From an uncultured Clostridia bacterium (GTDB taxonomy: Bacteria > Bacillota > Clostridia > Oscillospirales > Ruminococcaceae), in contig CALXIG010000004.1 in NCBI GenBank assembly GCA_944388305.1, positions 1 to 49,966 on the forward strand: a stretch of 49,966 bases of DNA, in the 5' to 3' direction. Below, one piece after another: positions 16,701-24,954 of the stretch (within the stretch, counting starts at the first letter, position 1; every line of letters begins with the position of its first letter). Under the pieces are notes generated by a model. The model was not told where the DNA came from. It saw only the letters and a list, made by a program, of their open reading frames with translations, and ran no database searches. Position numbers and translations under genes: made by a program.

Positions 16701-18575
16701 ATGAACATGATCCTCACAGACTGGTTGAAAACACACGTCCTCTCCGCCTGCCTCCCGCCCGCTTCCGCCACCCGGCTTTACCCGAAGCGCGCGGAAAGAG
16801 CGGAGTGGGAGAAGGTCCCTGCGGAGCTGAAAAAGCTCTGCATGGAAAAGGCGGAGAGCTTTCTCGGCTATGAGTGGCCTTCCCTCTCTGCGGCCGCTTT
16901 TATGGAATTCCGGCGCAGCGGAGACCGCGAGATCTACGAGAAACCGCATTTTGCCCGCCGCCACGCGCTGGAATGGCTCGTGCTCGGCGAGTGCATTGAG
17001 GGGAAGGGACGGTTTGCCGGCGACATCATCAACGGCATCTGGTGCATCTGCGAGGAATCCTTCTGGGGCGTTTCCGCCCACAATGGGACTGCCCACCATG
17101 CCGGGACCGGCGTGCAGCCGATGATCCTGCCGGACGTGGAGGACCCCTACATCGACCTGTTTGCCGCTGAGACGGCCGCGCTGCTCGTCTGGACGCAGTA
17201 CCTGCTGGGCGATCTCCTGGACGGTGTCAGCTGGCAGATCAACCGCCGCATCGACGTGGAGATGGAGCGCCGGATCAAACTGCCGTTTCTGACCCGGTTT
17301 GACTACTGGTGGATGGGATACAGCCAGCCGGTCAACAACTGGAACCCCTGGATCCTGGCGAACCTCATCACCGTCTTCCTGTTCGGAGAATTGAATGAAA
17401 ACCGCCGCCGGGCGGCTTTTGAGAAAATTTTTGTCTGCCTGGACAAATTCCTTTCCGGATATTCGGAGGATGGCGGCTGCGACGAGGGCACCTCCTACTG
17501 GGGCGTCGCGGGTGGTGCGCTGTTCGACTGCCTGGAGCAGCTTCTGCTGGCTTCCGGCGGCCGCATCAACTTCTTTGACGAGCCGCTGGTCGGGGAGATC
17601 GGGCGCTTCCTTTACCGCGCCCACATCGACGGCGACTACTTTGTGAATTTTGCCGACGGCGCAGCCCGGGTCAGCATCTCGAGCTGCATGGTCTACCGCT
17701 ACGGCAGGTACATCGGAGATGAGAAACTGATGGGGCTCGCCGCGGGCATCCCCTCATCCAGCTACCGGATGCAGGAGGGTTCGCTGCGCCGGATGCTGCC
17801 CTGCCTTTTCATGCAGCGGGAGATGGCGGAGTGCAGCCTGAAGCCCCCCTATAAGCGGGACGTCTGGCTCCCCGGCATCCAGGTGATGGCGGCGAGGGAG
17901 AGCGCCTCCCGGGAGGGCTTTTATCTCGCTGCGAAGGGCGGCAGCAACGCCGAAAGCCACAACCACAACGATGTCGGTTCCTGCGTCCTCTACCTGGACG
18001 GCAGGCCGGTTCTCATCGACGCGGGAGTCGGGGTCTACACCCGTCAGACCTTCAGTGAGGAGCGCTACCGGATCTGGTCCATGCAGTCCCAGTATCACAA
18101 CCTCCCCACCATCAACGGGCAGATGCAGTGCCCCGGCGCGGAATTCCGCGCGGAGGACGTCCGTTACAGCGCCTCCGGCGGCGAGGCGGACTTCTCCCTC
18201 GAACTGCGCGCGGCCTACCCCGCCGCAGCGGGCGTTGCCTCCTACCGCCGCAGCTACCGCCTGGTCCGCGGGGCGGACGCGCGGATGGAGCTGTGCGACC
18301 GCTGGGTTTTTGAGGGCGGGGAGAATACGCTGTCCCTCAACCTCCTTACCGCCAAAAAGCCGGAGATCCGGCCGGACAGCGTCCTGCTGGACAGCGGGGA
18401 GCGGAAGGTCCTGCTCCGCTGGGAGGGCGCGGAACTGACGGCAGCCGCTGAATTTGTCCCGATCGACGATGCGAAGCTCTCGCCGGTCTGGGGGAATGGC
18501 GTCTGGCGCATCGTCCTCCATGCGGAACATCCCGCGCGGGCAGGAGAGGTCCGCCTGCGCTTTGAAAAGGAGTGA
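16701..18575 (+). CDS. Heparinase II/III-like family protein (alginate-lyase-like N-domain plus Hepar_II_III C-domain)
   Basis: 624 aa. FMEFRRSGDREIYE and WNPWI in the N-terminal toroid. The C-terminal domain has GGSNAESHNHNDVGSCVLYLDGRPVLIDAG..YHNLPTING. Confidence 0.75.
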   Translation: MNMILTDWLKTHVLSACLPPASATRLYPKRAERAEWEKVPAELKKLCMEKAESFLGYEWPSLSAAAFMEFRRSGDREIYEKPHFARRHALEWLVLGECIEGKGRFAGDIINGIWCICEESFWGVSAHNGTAHHAGTGVQPMILPDVEDPYIDLFAAETAALLVWTQYLLGDLLDGVSWQINRRIDVEMERRIKLPFLTRFDYWWMGYSQPVNNWNPWILANLITVFLFGELNENRRRAAFEKIFVCLDKFLSGYSEDGGCDEGTSYWGVAGGALFDCLEQLLLASGGRINFFDEPLVGEIGRFLYRAHIDGDYFVNFADGAARVSISSCMVYRYGRYIGDEKLMGLAAGIPSSSYRMQEGSLRRMLPCLFMQREMAECSLKPPYKRDVWLPGIQVMAARESASREGFYLAAKGGSNAESHNHNDVGSCVLYLDGRPVLIDAGVGVYTRQTFSEERYRIWSMQSQYHNLPTINGQMQCPGAEFRAEDVRYSASGGEADFSLELRAAYPAAAGVASYRRSYRLVRGADARMELCDRWVFEGGENTLSLNLLTAKKPEIRPDSVLLDSGERKVLLRWEGAELTAAAEFVPIDDAKLSPVWGNGVWRIVLHAEHPARAGEVRLRFEKE

Positions 18576-19216
18576 CCGGCGTGGAGACTCCGGACAGCAA
18601 TCTGTTCATGGCCTGCCGCATCCCAAACCGGGAGGCCTTTTCCGCCCTCCCGGCAGGGTACACCCTCCGCCCGCTCCGGCGGGAGGAACTCCCTCTCTGG
18701 ATGGACATCCATTTTGACAGCCCGGAGGAGGCACGCGACAACCGCCCGTACATGGAGCGCTTTTTCGCGCAGGTCTACGCGCCGCAGGAGGCGCTTTTCT
18801 TCCGAACCTGCCGCCTGCTCTGCGCGCCGGATGGAGAGGCCGCCGGGAGCTGCTTTGTCTGGAGGGCCTACGGACAGGTCAATACCATCCACTGGTTTAA
18901 GGTGAAGCGGGCGTGTGAGGGCCGCGGACTGGGCCGCGCGCTGCTCTCCGCCGTGCTTGCGCCTCTGGGGGAGGCGGACTATCCGGTCTGCCTGCACACC
19001 CAGCCGGGCAGCTTCCGCGCCATCAAGCTGTACAGCGACTTCGGCTTCCGCCTGCTGACCAACCCGGTCATCGGCGGCAGGACAAATGATTTGAAGAAAA
19101 GCCTTCCCTTCCTGCGGAAGGTCATGCCGCCGGAGGCGTTCGCGCGGCTGCAATTTGACGCAGCCCCCGCCGTGCTGCTGGAGGCGGCGGACAGCTCGCC
19201 GGTGAGCGAGTTTTGA
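18572..19216 (+). CDS. GNAT family N-acetyltransferase
   Basis: WFKVKRACEGRGLGRALLSAVL acetyl-CoA motif. The track start GTG 18572 overlaps the upstream TGA. GTG 18581, 8 nt after AAGGAG, is an equally good start. Confidence 0.75.
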   Translation: MTGVETPDSNLFMACRIPNREAFSALPAGYTLRPLRREELPLWMDIHFDSPEEARDNRPYMERFFAQVYAPQEALFFRTCRLLCAPDGEAAGSCFVWRAYGQVNTIHWFKVKRACEGRGLGRALLSAVLAPLGEADYPVCLHTQPGSFRAIKLYSDFGFRLLTNPVIGGRTNDLKKSLPFLRKVMPPEAFARLQFDAAPAVLLEAADSSPVSEF

Positions 19217-19248
19217 CGCAGCGCTTTTGCGGGGCGTGCGTTTTCAAA

Positions 19249-19333
19249 GGCGCGAGTTGATCGAGCGCCGGCCGGAGCCTGCCGCGGAGCTGAAATGCCG
19301 CGGCGGCAATTCCGGCGGAGGTACTCCGCCGGG
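19249..19333 (-). repeat. Copy C of the mosaic two-hairpin repeat; begins immediately after the gpr TAG
   Basis: Minus strand: CCGGCGGAG-TAC-CTCCGCCGG AATTGCCGCCGCGGCATTTCAGCTCCGCGG ... GGCGCTCGATCAACTCGCGCC. It matches copy B, and the last word matches 13001-13021 at 20/21. Confidence 0.8.
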
Positions 19334-20155
19334 CTAGTTGACCAGCGCCAGCAGGTCTTCCAGCGAAAGACCGGGCTGAAGGGCACGATTGATGGCGAAG
19401 GCGATGGTCTTCGCGGCGTTTTCGACAATGACGTCGATTTCCCGCGGCGTCACCATCATCGGCGCGCCGGACTGGCCGGGGTAGTCCGCCACCGTCGGCA
19501 CCCCGACGGCCACAACCGGCACTCCCAGCGTCGCCGGACTCAGCTCCTTCCGCCGGTTGGCCACTCCGGACCCGGGGGAAATGCCGCTGTCGCAGATCTG
19601 AACGGTCGCCCCCAGCCGGGAAAAATCTCCGGCTGCCAGCGCATCGACTGCGATGACCGCCGACGGGCGGATCTCCCGGACCAGCGCGGAGAGAATTTCC
19701 GCCGTCTCCATCCCGGTTTGACCGAGGACGCCGGGCGCGATCGCCGCAGCTGGCCGCAGCCCGGGCAGCCCCGCAAGCGCCGCGCTTTCCCCGTCGATGT
19801 GGCGGGTGGCGAGCAGCAGCCGGGCTGTTTCCGGCCCAAGTGCGTCGGGGGTGATGGAGTCGTTGCCCAGCCCCACGGTCAGGACCAGCCCCTTCCGGGG
19901 CAGCAGGGAGCGGAGAATGCCGGCCGCCGCCTCAACTTCGGCGGGAAAGTCCTCCGGCGCACAGCGAAACGGCGTGCAGCTGAGAGTGAAATAGCGCCCC
20001 GCCGGCTTTTGGAGCGTCCGCGCAGCGGCTTCTCCGCGAATTTCCACCAGCGTGCAGGGAACGCCGCGCAGGCTGAATTCCCGGCATCCGGCTCCGGCGG
20101 GCAGCGGCGCGGAGAGGTCGAGCCGTTCGACTGCAAGGTCAGTGCGAATGTTCAA
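19334..20155 (-). CDS. gpr: GPR endopeptidase (spore germination protease)
   Basis: TTG start after AAGGAG. The sequence is (M)NIRTDLAVE..LTVGLGN..ITPDALGP..IAVDALAA..ICDSGISPGSGV. It ends with TAG. Confidence 0.9.
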   Translation of the reverse strand: MNIRTDLAVERLDLSAPLPAGAGCREFSLRGVPCTLVEIRGEAAARTLQKPAGRYFTLSCTPFRCAPEDFPAEVEAAAGILRSLLPRKGLVLTVGLGNDSITPDALGPETARLLLATRHIDGESAALAGLPGLRPAAAIAPGVLGQTGMETAEILSALVREIRPSAVIAVDALAAGDFSRLGATVQICDSGISPGSGVANRRKELSPATLGVPVVAVGVPTVADYPGQSGAPMMVTPREIDVIVENAAKTIAFAINRALQPGLSLEDLLALVN

Positions 20156-20231
20156 AATATCAGCTCCTTTTTCTTCTGTTTTGGAAGATGTCCCATTTTT
20201 GAAAAAACATGATTTTTTTCGGAAAAAACCC

Positions 20232-20260
20232 TTGCTTTTTCTGCGAAAAAATGCTATGAT
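20232..20260 (+). promoter_or_regulatory. Sigma-A promoter of rpsT
   Basis: TTGCTT (20232-20237), 17 nt, TGc-TATGAT (20255-20260). It predicts a leader of about 140 nt. Confidence 0.65.
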
Positions 20261-20403
20261 ATAAAAGCTGTCTTATGCCGTTCCCCGTGTCTGGGCGCAT
20301 CATTTTGTGCGCTTTTGGAAGGGCAGGGACAAAACGCTGGAAAGCGCAATCCCCGGTTAGTTTGCGTGATGCAGGCTAACTTTATGTGAAGGAGGTGCAA
20401 ACG

Positions 20404-20667
20404 ATGCCGAATATCAAGTCAGCGAAAAAGCGCGTCAAAGTTGCCGCTGCGAAGAATCTCCAGAACAGAATGCTCAAGGGTAAACTCAAGGCCGCTCTGA
20501 AGGTTGCCAACGCCGCCATCGAGCAGGATGCCGCCAACAAGCAGGAGGCCGTAAAGGTCGCCTACAAGGTGATCGATCAGTCCGCCGCCAAGGGGATCAT
20601 CCACAAGAACATGGCTGCGAGAAAGAAATCTCAGATTGCATCCAAGTTGAACGCAGCAAAGGCGTAA
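20404..20667 (+). CDS. rpsT: 30S ribosomal protein S20
   Basis: ATG 20404 follows GGAGG. The sequence is MPNIKSAKKRVKVAAAKNLQN..IHKNMAARKKS. Confidence 0.95.
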   Translation: MPNIKSAKKRVKVAAAKNLQNRMLKGKLKAALKVANAAIEQDAANKQEAVKVAYKVIDQSAAKGIIHKNMAARKKSQIASKLNAAKA

Positions 20668-20698
20668 TCCCTCTCACCGGATTCGTCTTTGGAAATAG

Positions 20699-20740
20699 GC
20701 GCCCGCCCCTCTAACCTCTGGGGGCGGGCGCTGCTGTTTA
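20699..20740 (+). terminator. Terminator after rpsT
   Basis: GCGCCCGCCCC (20699-20709), 11-nt loop, GGGGCGGGCGC (20721-20731). The U-tract is weak (TGCTGTTT). Confidence 0.6.
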
Positions 20741-20787
20741 CCTGTGGCCAGGCCGGTGCGGCTGCGGGGATTGTAACGCCTTTGTCA

Positions 20788-20816
20788 TTGTTATTTTGAC
20801 AAAAATATGGTAAAAT
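20788..20816 (+). promoter_or_regulatory. Sigma-A promoter for the membrane protein and pepT unit
   Basis: TTGTTA (20788-20793), 17 nt, TGg-TAAAAT (20811-20816). Confidence 0.55.
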
Positions 20817-20861
20817 ACTCCTGTAAACAGTGATTTTTGCCGCATGAAAGGAGTGTTTTCC

Positions 20862-21713
20862 GTGAGAAAGACCCTGCTTGCTTTTCTGATCTGCCTGTTT
20901 GCCGCGGTGTTTGCCCTGCCGCTCACCGTTTCGGCGGATATGGGGCCGAAGCCCTCGGTCACCGTCACCGTCGAAGGGGCGGACGGCCGGGATTTTTACG
21001 GCACCCTCCTCTCGGAGCGGGATTCCACCGGCCCGCAGAGCGCCTACGATCCGGCTCACCCGGAGTTCTATCACTATTATGACCAGTACGGCGACGAGGA
21101 AATTTTTCGGAAGTTCATCGAGTACGAGGACCCGGACGGCTACTACTTCCTCCAGATCTGCTGGCCCTGCGAGGGGACCGGCACCTTCGCCTGGACCTAC
21201 TATCCGCCGCAGCGCTTCAAGATCCTTCTGTATTTTCCGGACACCGGCGAGTTTGTCTCGAGCGGCATTCTGGAGGATTACGCCTTCGACAGCTACTTTA
21301 CCGCCGCCCTGAGCGGGGAGGGGCTTTCGGTCCGCACCTCCTATGACTACCGCTGGGAGCTGATTTCCCTCGGGGCCCGCATCCTGCTGACCATTGCGGC
21401 CGAGCTGCTGCTCGCGCTGCTTTTCCGCTTCCGCGGGAAGGCGCTTTTCACCGTCGTCTGGGTCAACATCGCCACACAGGTTCTGCTGAACGCCGGACTC
21501 AACCTCATCGACTACTACGGCGGATACATGGCGTTTCTTTTCTTTTACGTGCTGCTGGAGATCGCTGTCTTTGTGCTGGAAGGAATTTTGTTCACCCTGC
21601 TGCTGCGCAGGATGGAGAAGCGGTGGAAGCTGTGGCTCTATTCCCTCGCGGCAAACGGCTGTTCCTTTGCGCTGGGACTCGCGCTGGCCCGCTGGATCCC
21701 CGGTATTTTTTAA
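20862..21713 (+). CDS. Hypothetical secreted/membrane protein (signal peptide, roughly 150-aa Tyr/Asp-rich ectodomain, about four C-terminal TM helices)
   Basis: GTG 20862 lies 8 nt after AAAGGAG; the track's ATG 20844 has no RBS. Signal-like VRKTLLAFLICLFAAVFALPLTVSA. The hydrophobic C-terminus is LISLGARILLTIAAELLLALLF..VVWVNIATQVLL..FLFFYVLLEIAVFVLEGILFTLLL. I recognised no family. Confidence 0.6.
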   Translation: MRKTLLAFLICLFAAVFALPLTVSADMGPKPSVTVTVEGADGRDFYGTLLSERDSTGPQSAYDPAHPEFYHYYDQYGDEEIFRKFIEYEDPDGYYFLQICWPCEGTGTFAWTYYPPQRFKILLYFPDTGEFVSSGILEDYAFDSYFTAALSGEGLSVRTSYDYRWELISLGARILLTIAAELLLALLFRFRGKALFTVVWVNIATQVLLNAGLNLIDYYGGYMAFLFFYVLLEIAVFVLEGILFTLLLRRMEKRWKLWLYSLAANGCSFALGLALARWIPGIF

Positions 21714-21734
21714 CATTTGGAAAGGATGTTTTTC

Positions 21735-22979
21735 ATGAAAGAGACTGTTTTGGAGCGGTTTCTCCGCTATGTGACCTTCGACACCACCTCTGACCCGGAG
21801 ACAGGCGCCCACCCGAGCACGCCGGGGCAGCTCGTCCTGGGAAAGCAGCTGGCGGAGGAGCTCGCCGCCCTGGGGCTTGCCGATGCACGGCAGGATGAAT
21901 ACGGCTATGTCTACGCCTCCATCCCGGCCACGCCCGGACGGGAAGGCTGCCCGGCCATCGGATTTATCGCCCATCTCGACACCTCCTGCGCGGTTTCCGG
22001 CAAGAACGTGAAGCCTCTCGTCACGCGGAACTACGACGGCGGGGAGATTGTTCTGGGCGGGGAGCCGGGAGCGGTCCTTTCTCCCGCCGAATTTCCCGAG
22101 CTGGCAGAGTACAGGGGGCTGACGATCGTCACCGGCGACGGCACCACCCTGCTGGGCGGCGATGACAAGGCGGGCGTCGCGGGAATCATGGGCTTCGCGG
22201 AGGAGCTGCTCGCCCACCCGGAGATTCCGCACGGCAAAATCTGCATCGCCTTCACCCCCGACGAGGAGATCGGGGAGGGGGCCGACCGGTTCGATGTCCC
22301 CGGTTTCGGCGCGCGGTTTGCCTACACCGTCGACGGCGGCGCAGCCGGCGAACTGGAATATGAGACCTTCAATGCGGCCTCCGCGGACCTCGTCTTTCAC
22401 GGCAAAAGCATCCACCCCGGCTCGGCCAAGGGGCAGATGGTCAACGCCATTCTCCTTGCGATGGAGTTCCACGCCATGCTCCCGGCTTTTGAGGATCCGG
22501 CCTGCACCTCCGGGCGGGAGGGGTTTCACCACATCGACGGCATCCGCGGCGGCGTTGAGCGGACCGAGTGCGAGTACATCATCCGCGACCACGACCGGGC
22601 GCTGTTTGAAAAGAAAAAGGAGAACTTCCGCGATGCGGCCGCCTACCTCAACCGCAAATACGGGGAGGGGACGGTCGAGCTGACCCTCCAGGATTCCTAC
22701 TACAACATGAAAGAGCAGATTCTCCCCCATTTCCACCTCGTTGAAAATGCGCAGGCGGTGATGGAGTCGCTCGGCATTGCGCCGAAAATCCTTCCGGTTC
22801 GCGGCGGCACCGACGGCAGCCGGCTCTCCTACATGGGGCTGCCCTGTCCCAACCTCTTCACCGGCGGCCACAACGGACACGGACGGATGGAGTACGTCGT
22901 CGCCGAGCAGATGGCTCTCGTTCCCGCGCTGCTGCTGGGAATCGTGCGCAAATACGCGGACTGGACGGAAACCGCGTGA
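21735..22979 (+). CDS. pepT: Peptidase T (tripeptide aminopeptidase, M20B)
   Basis: MKETVLERFLRYVTFDTTS..GFIAHLDTS..LGGDDKAG..FTPDEEIG..GGTDGS. Confidence 0.9.
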   Translation: MKETVLERFLRYVTFDTTSDPETGAHPSTPGQLVLGKQLAEELAALGLADARQDEYGYVYASIPATPGREGCPAIGFIAHLDTSCAVSGKNVKPLVTRNYDGGEIVLGGEPGAVLSPAEFPELAEYRGLTIVTGDGTTLLGGDDKAGVAGIMGFAEELLAHPEIPHGKICIAFTPDEEIGEGADRFDVPGFGARFAYTVDGGAAGELEYETFNAASADLVFHGKSIHPGSAKGQMVNAILLAMEFHAMLPAFEDPACTSGREGFHHIDGIRGGVERTECEYIIRDHDRALFEKKKENFRDAAAYLNRKYGEGTVELTLQDSYYNMKEQILPHFHLVENAQAVMESLGIAPKILPVRGGTDGSRLSYMGLPCPNLFTGGHNGHGRMEYVVAEQMALVPALLLGIVRKYADWTETA

Positions 22980-23785
22980 TGGAGCGGGCGTTACTGCTTG
23001 AAAATATGCGGAGATTCGGCCGTTCGGAGGAGGATATCTGCCGCAGCACGCTGGGAATCGGTCCGGCGCAGCTTTGCAGCAGCGTGATTCTCTCGCCCGG
23101 CTGGCATCCGGAGCTGCTGTTTCCCGCTTCCGCCATTGCCGAAGTGGTGCGTTCCAGCCCCCTTCACCAGTACACCATCTGGGAAATCGCCTGGCGGGAC
23201 AGGCGATTCAGCTACCTGCGGACCGGCTTCGGTGCGCCGGCGGCAATGGACGCTGTCATGCTGTTGGGGCTGGCGGGAAAATGCCGGCAGCTCCTTTTTG
23301 TCAGTTCGACCGGGTCGATTGTGCCGGAAATCGGGATCGGGGACATTGTTCTGCCGGAGTTTGCAGCGAGCGGCGACGGCGCGCTCCGCTATCTGTCGGA
23401 CGATTTGCTGCGCGACCCGTTCGGCGAGCGGGTCTACCCGGATGGCGCCCTGTCTGCCGCCCTTGCGGAGGCGGCGGAAGAGATCTGCCTCCAAACCGGC
23501 GTGCGGTGGCACCGCGCGCGGGTTTTCTGCACCGCCACCATCGCCGCGCAGTTTGGACACCTCGGCCGGATCGCCGGGATGGGGTATCAGACCCTGGACA
23601 TGGAGAGCGCCGCCGTTTTGAAGGCGGCCCAGCTGACCGGCATGTCTGCCGCGGCAGTTTTCAACGTGTCTGACAACTCCGCGGCCGGCAGCTCCCTCAT
23701 GACCGCCCGCGGCGAGCGGGAGCAGGCGTACCGCCGGTTTGTCCGGCGGGAGGTCATGCCGCAGATCCTCGCTGCGGCGCTGTAA
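22976..23785 (+). CDS. Nucleoside phosphorylase-family (PNP_UDP_1-like) protein
   Basis: 269 aa. RTGFGAPAAMDAVMLL..FVSSTGSI..GDIVLPE..LDMESAAV resembles the phosphorylase fold. The start overlaps the pepT stop (GTGATG, ATG at 22979). Confidence 0.55.
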   Translation: MMERALLLENMRRFGRSEEDICRSTLGIGPAQLCSSVILSPGWHPELLFPASAIAEVVRSSPLHQYTIWEIAWRDRRFSYLRTGFGAPAAMDAVMLLGLAGKCRQLLFVSSTGSIVPEIGIGDIVLPEFAASGDGALRYLSDDLLRDPFGERVYPDGALSAALAEAAEEICLQTGVRWHRARVFCTATIAAQFGHLGRIAGMGYQTLDMESAAVLKAAQLTGMSAAAVFNVSDNSAAGSSLMTARGEREQAYRRFVRREVMPQILAAAL

Positions 23786-23803
23786 CAACGGCCTGACTGC
23801 CTG

Positions 23804-23845
23804 AAAAAGCCTCCGGATGCCCGGCATCCGGAGGCTTGCTGCTTT
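23804..23845. terminator. Bidirectional terminator between convergent genes
   Basis: AAGCCTCCGGATGC / GCATCCGGAGGCTT is a perfect palindrome (23807-23837), flanked by AAAAA and TGCTGCTTT. Confidence 0.8.
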
Positions 23846-23853
23846 GAGGCGGA

Positions 23854-24267
23854 TCAGCTTTTTCTGATGAATTTCGCGCGGCAGTGCGGGCAGGAAATCT
23901 CGATTTTTCCCCTGCCTTTCGGGACGCGCAGCGTCTGCCTGCACTGCGGGCAGCGGAAATAGCGGTGGGTTTTGCGGTCGGCAAACCGGCGCCTGCGGGT
24001 CTGAAACCAGTTTTTCACCCGGCGCCCCTCTTTTTTGACCGCTTCCCAGAAGACCAGAAATTTCTGATTTTCCCTCGAACGCGCCGCGCCGTTGCGGGAG
24101 AGGGTGCGGAAGACCGCCCAGCACATCAGCGCGATTCCGAGCAGGTAAAGCAGCAGAAGGCCGGTCAACGACGACAGCAGGGTGCAGGCCATCATGACAA
24201 TCAGGATGCCGACAGTCATCTGATCGAGGCCGTAGCGCCCCATCATGAAATTGCGAAGCCAGTTCAA
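23854..24267 (-). CDS. Small membrane protein with C-terminal zinc-ribbon (CxxC..CxxC)
   Basis: 137 aa. Two TM helices (VGILIVMMACTLLSSLTGLLLLYLLGIALMCWAVF), then FRCPQCRQTLRVPKGRGKIEISCPHCRAKF. Confidence 0.7.
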   Translation of the reverse strand: MNWLRNFMMGRYGLDQMTVGILIVMMACTLLSSLTGLLLLYLLGIALMCWAVFRTLSRNGAARSRENQKFLVFWEAVKKEGRRVKNWFQTRRRRFADRKTHRYFRCPQCRQTLRVPKGRGKIEISCPHCRAKFIRKS

Positions 24268-24380
24268 TGCGATTCCTCTTTTCGTATGTTATATTTAATA
24301 TTATAGCACATTCGCGGAGAAAGGGGTGAATTTTTCGTAACGGATTCGTTACGCTTTCCGCGATTTTTCGCCACGGATTC

Positions 24381-24409
24381 TTGACAATTTTTCAAAAGAA
24401 GGGTATACT
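24381..24409 (+). promoter_or_regulatory. Sigma-A promoter of the marR-ABC operon with an adjacent palindrome
   Basis: TTGACA (24381-24386), 17 nt, TATACT (24404-24409). The 8-bp palindrome GTTGCAAC about 13 nt downstream is a candidate MarR operator. Confidence 0.6.
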
Positions 24410-24495
24410 GAATACGGTATGTTGCAACCGCAACGATATGCGCGCAGCGGCGAAAAAACGGCGCTGCGCCGGATTTTGTCCTGGGAGGGAATCAC

Positions 24496-24954
24496 ATGGA
24501 CAGCTTTATGCGCTGTATCAGCCGCACCGCGCGCTGCGCCCAGCTTTACCGCTCCGAGCGGTTTGAGGCGCTGGGGCTGAGCGGCGGCCAGTACATCTAC
24601 ATCACCTGCGCCTGCCGGAATCCCGGAATTTCGCAGGAACAGATGGCCCGCCAGATTCTGGTCAACAAATCCAACGTCTGCCGCCAACTCGCCCAGCTCG
24701 AGCAAAACGGCTTTGTCCGGCGGGAGCCGGACGCCAAAGACCGCCGCGTTCTGCGGGTCTATCCCACCGAAAAGGCAAAGCAGGCGCTTCCGCAGATTCA
24801 TCAGGCGCTCACAGAGTGGCGGGAGTACCTGACCGGCGGCTTTACGGAGGAGGAGCGGGAAACGCTCGACGCACTGCTGGAGCGGATCCTCGACAAGGCG
24901 GCCGCCTATGCAGAAACCCGGCTGGTGCCGGACAGAAAGGAGGAACGGCCTTGA
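24496..24954 (+). CDS. MarR family transcriptional regulator
   Basis: 152 aa. Winged-helix core: ISQEQMARQILVNKSNVCRQLAQLEQNGFVRREPDAKDRRVLRVYPTEKA. Confidence 0.9.
   Translation: MDSFMRCISRTARCAQLYRSERFEALGLSGGQYIYITCACRNPGISQEQMARQILVNKSNVCRQLAQLEQNGFVRREPDAKDRRVLRVYPTEKAKQALPQIHQALTEWREYLTGGFTEEERETLDALLERILDKAAAYAETRLVPDRKEERP

Noticed and set aside
20631-22880. Very long ORFs antisense to real genes. Examples: 20631-22880 (749 aa), 10339-11829, 15548-16771, 22991-24124, 30437-32086, 34524-35996, 45723-47150, 1400-2680 and 46-498.
   Set aside because: Their translations are Arg/Gly/Pro/Ala-rich low-complexity strings with no motifs. Each lies opposite a gene with unambiguous family signatures and an RBS. 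This is a typical high-GC open-frame artefact.
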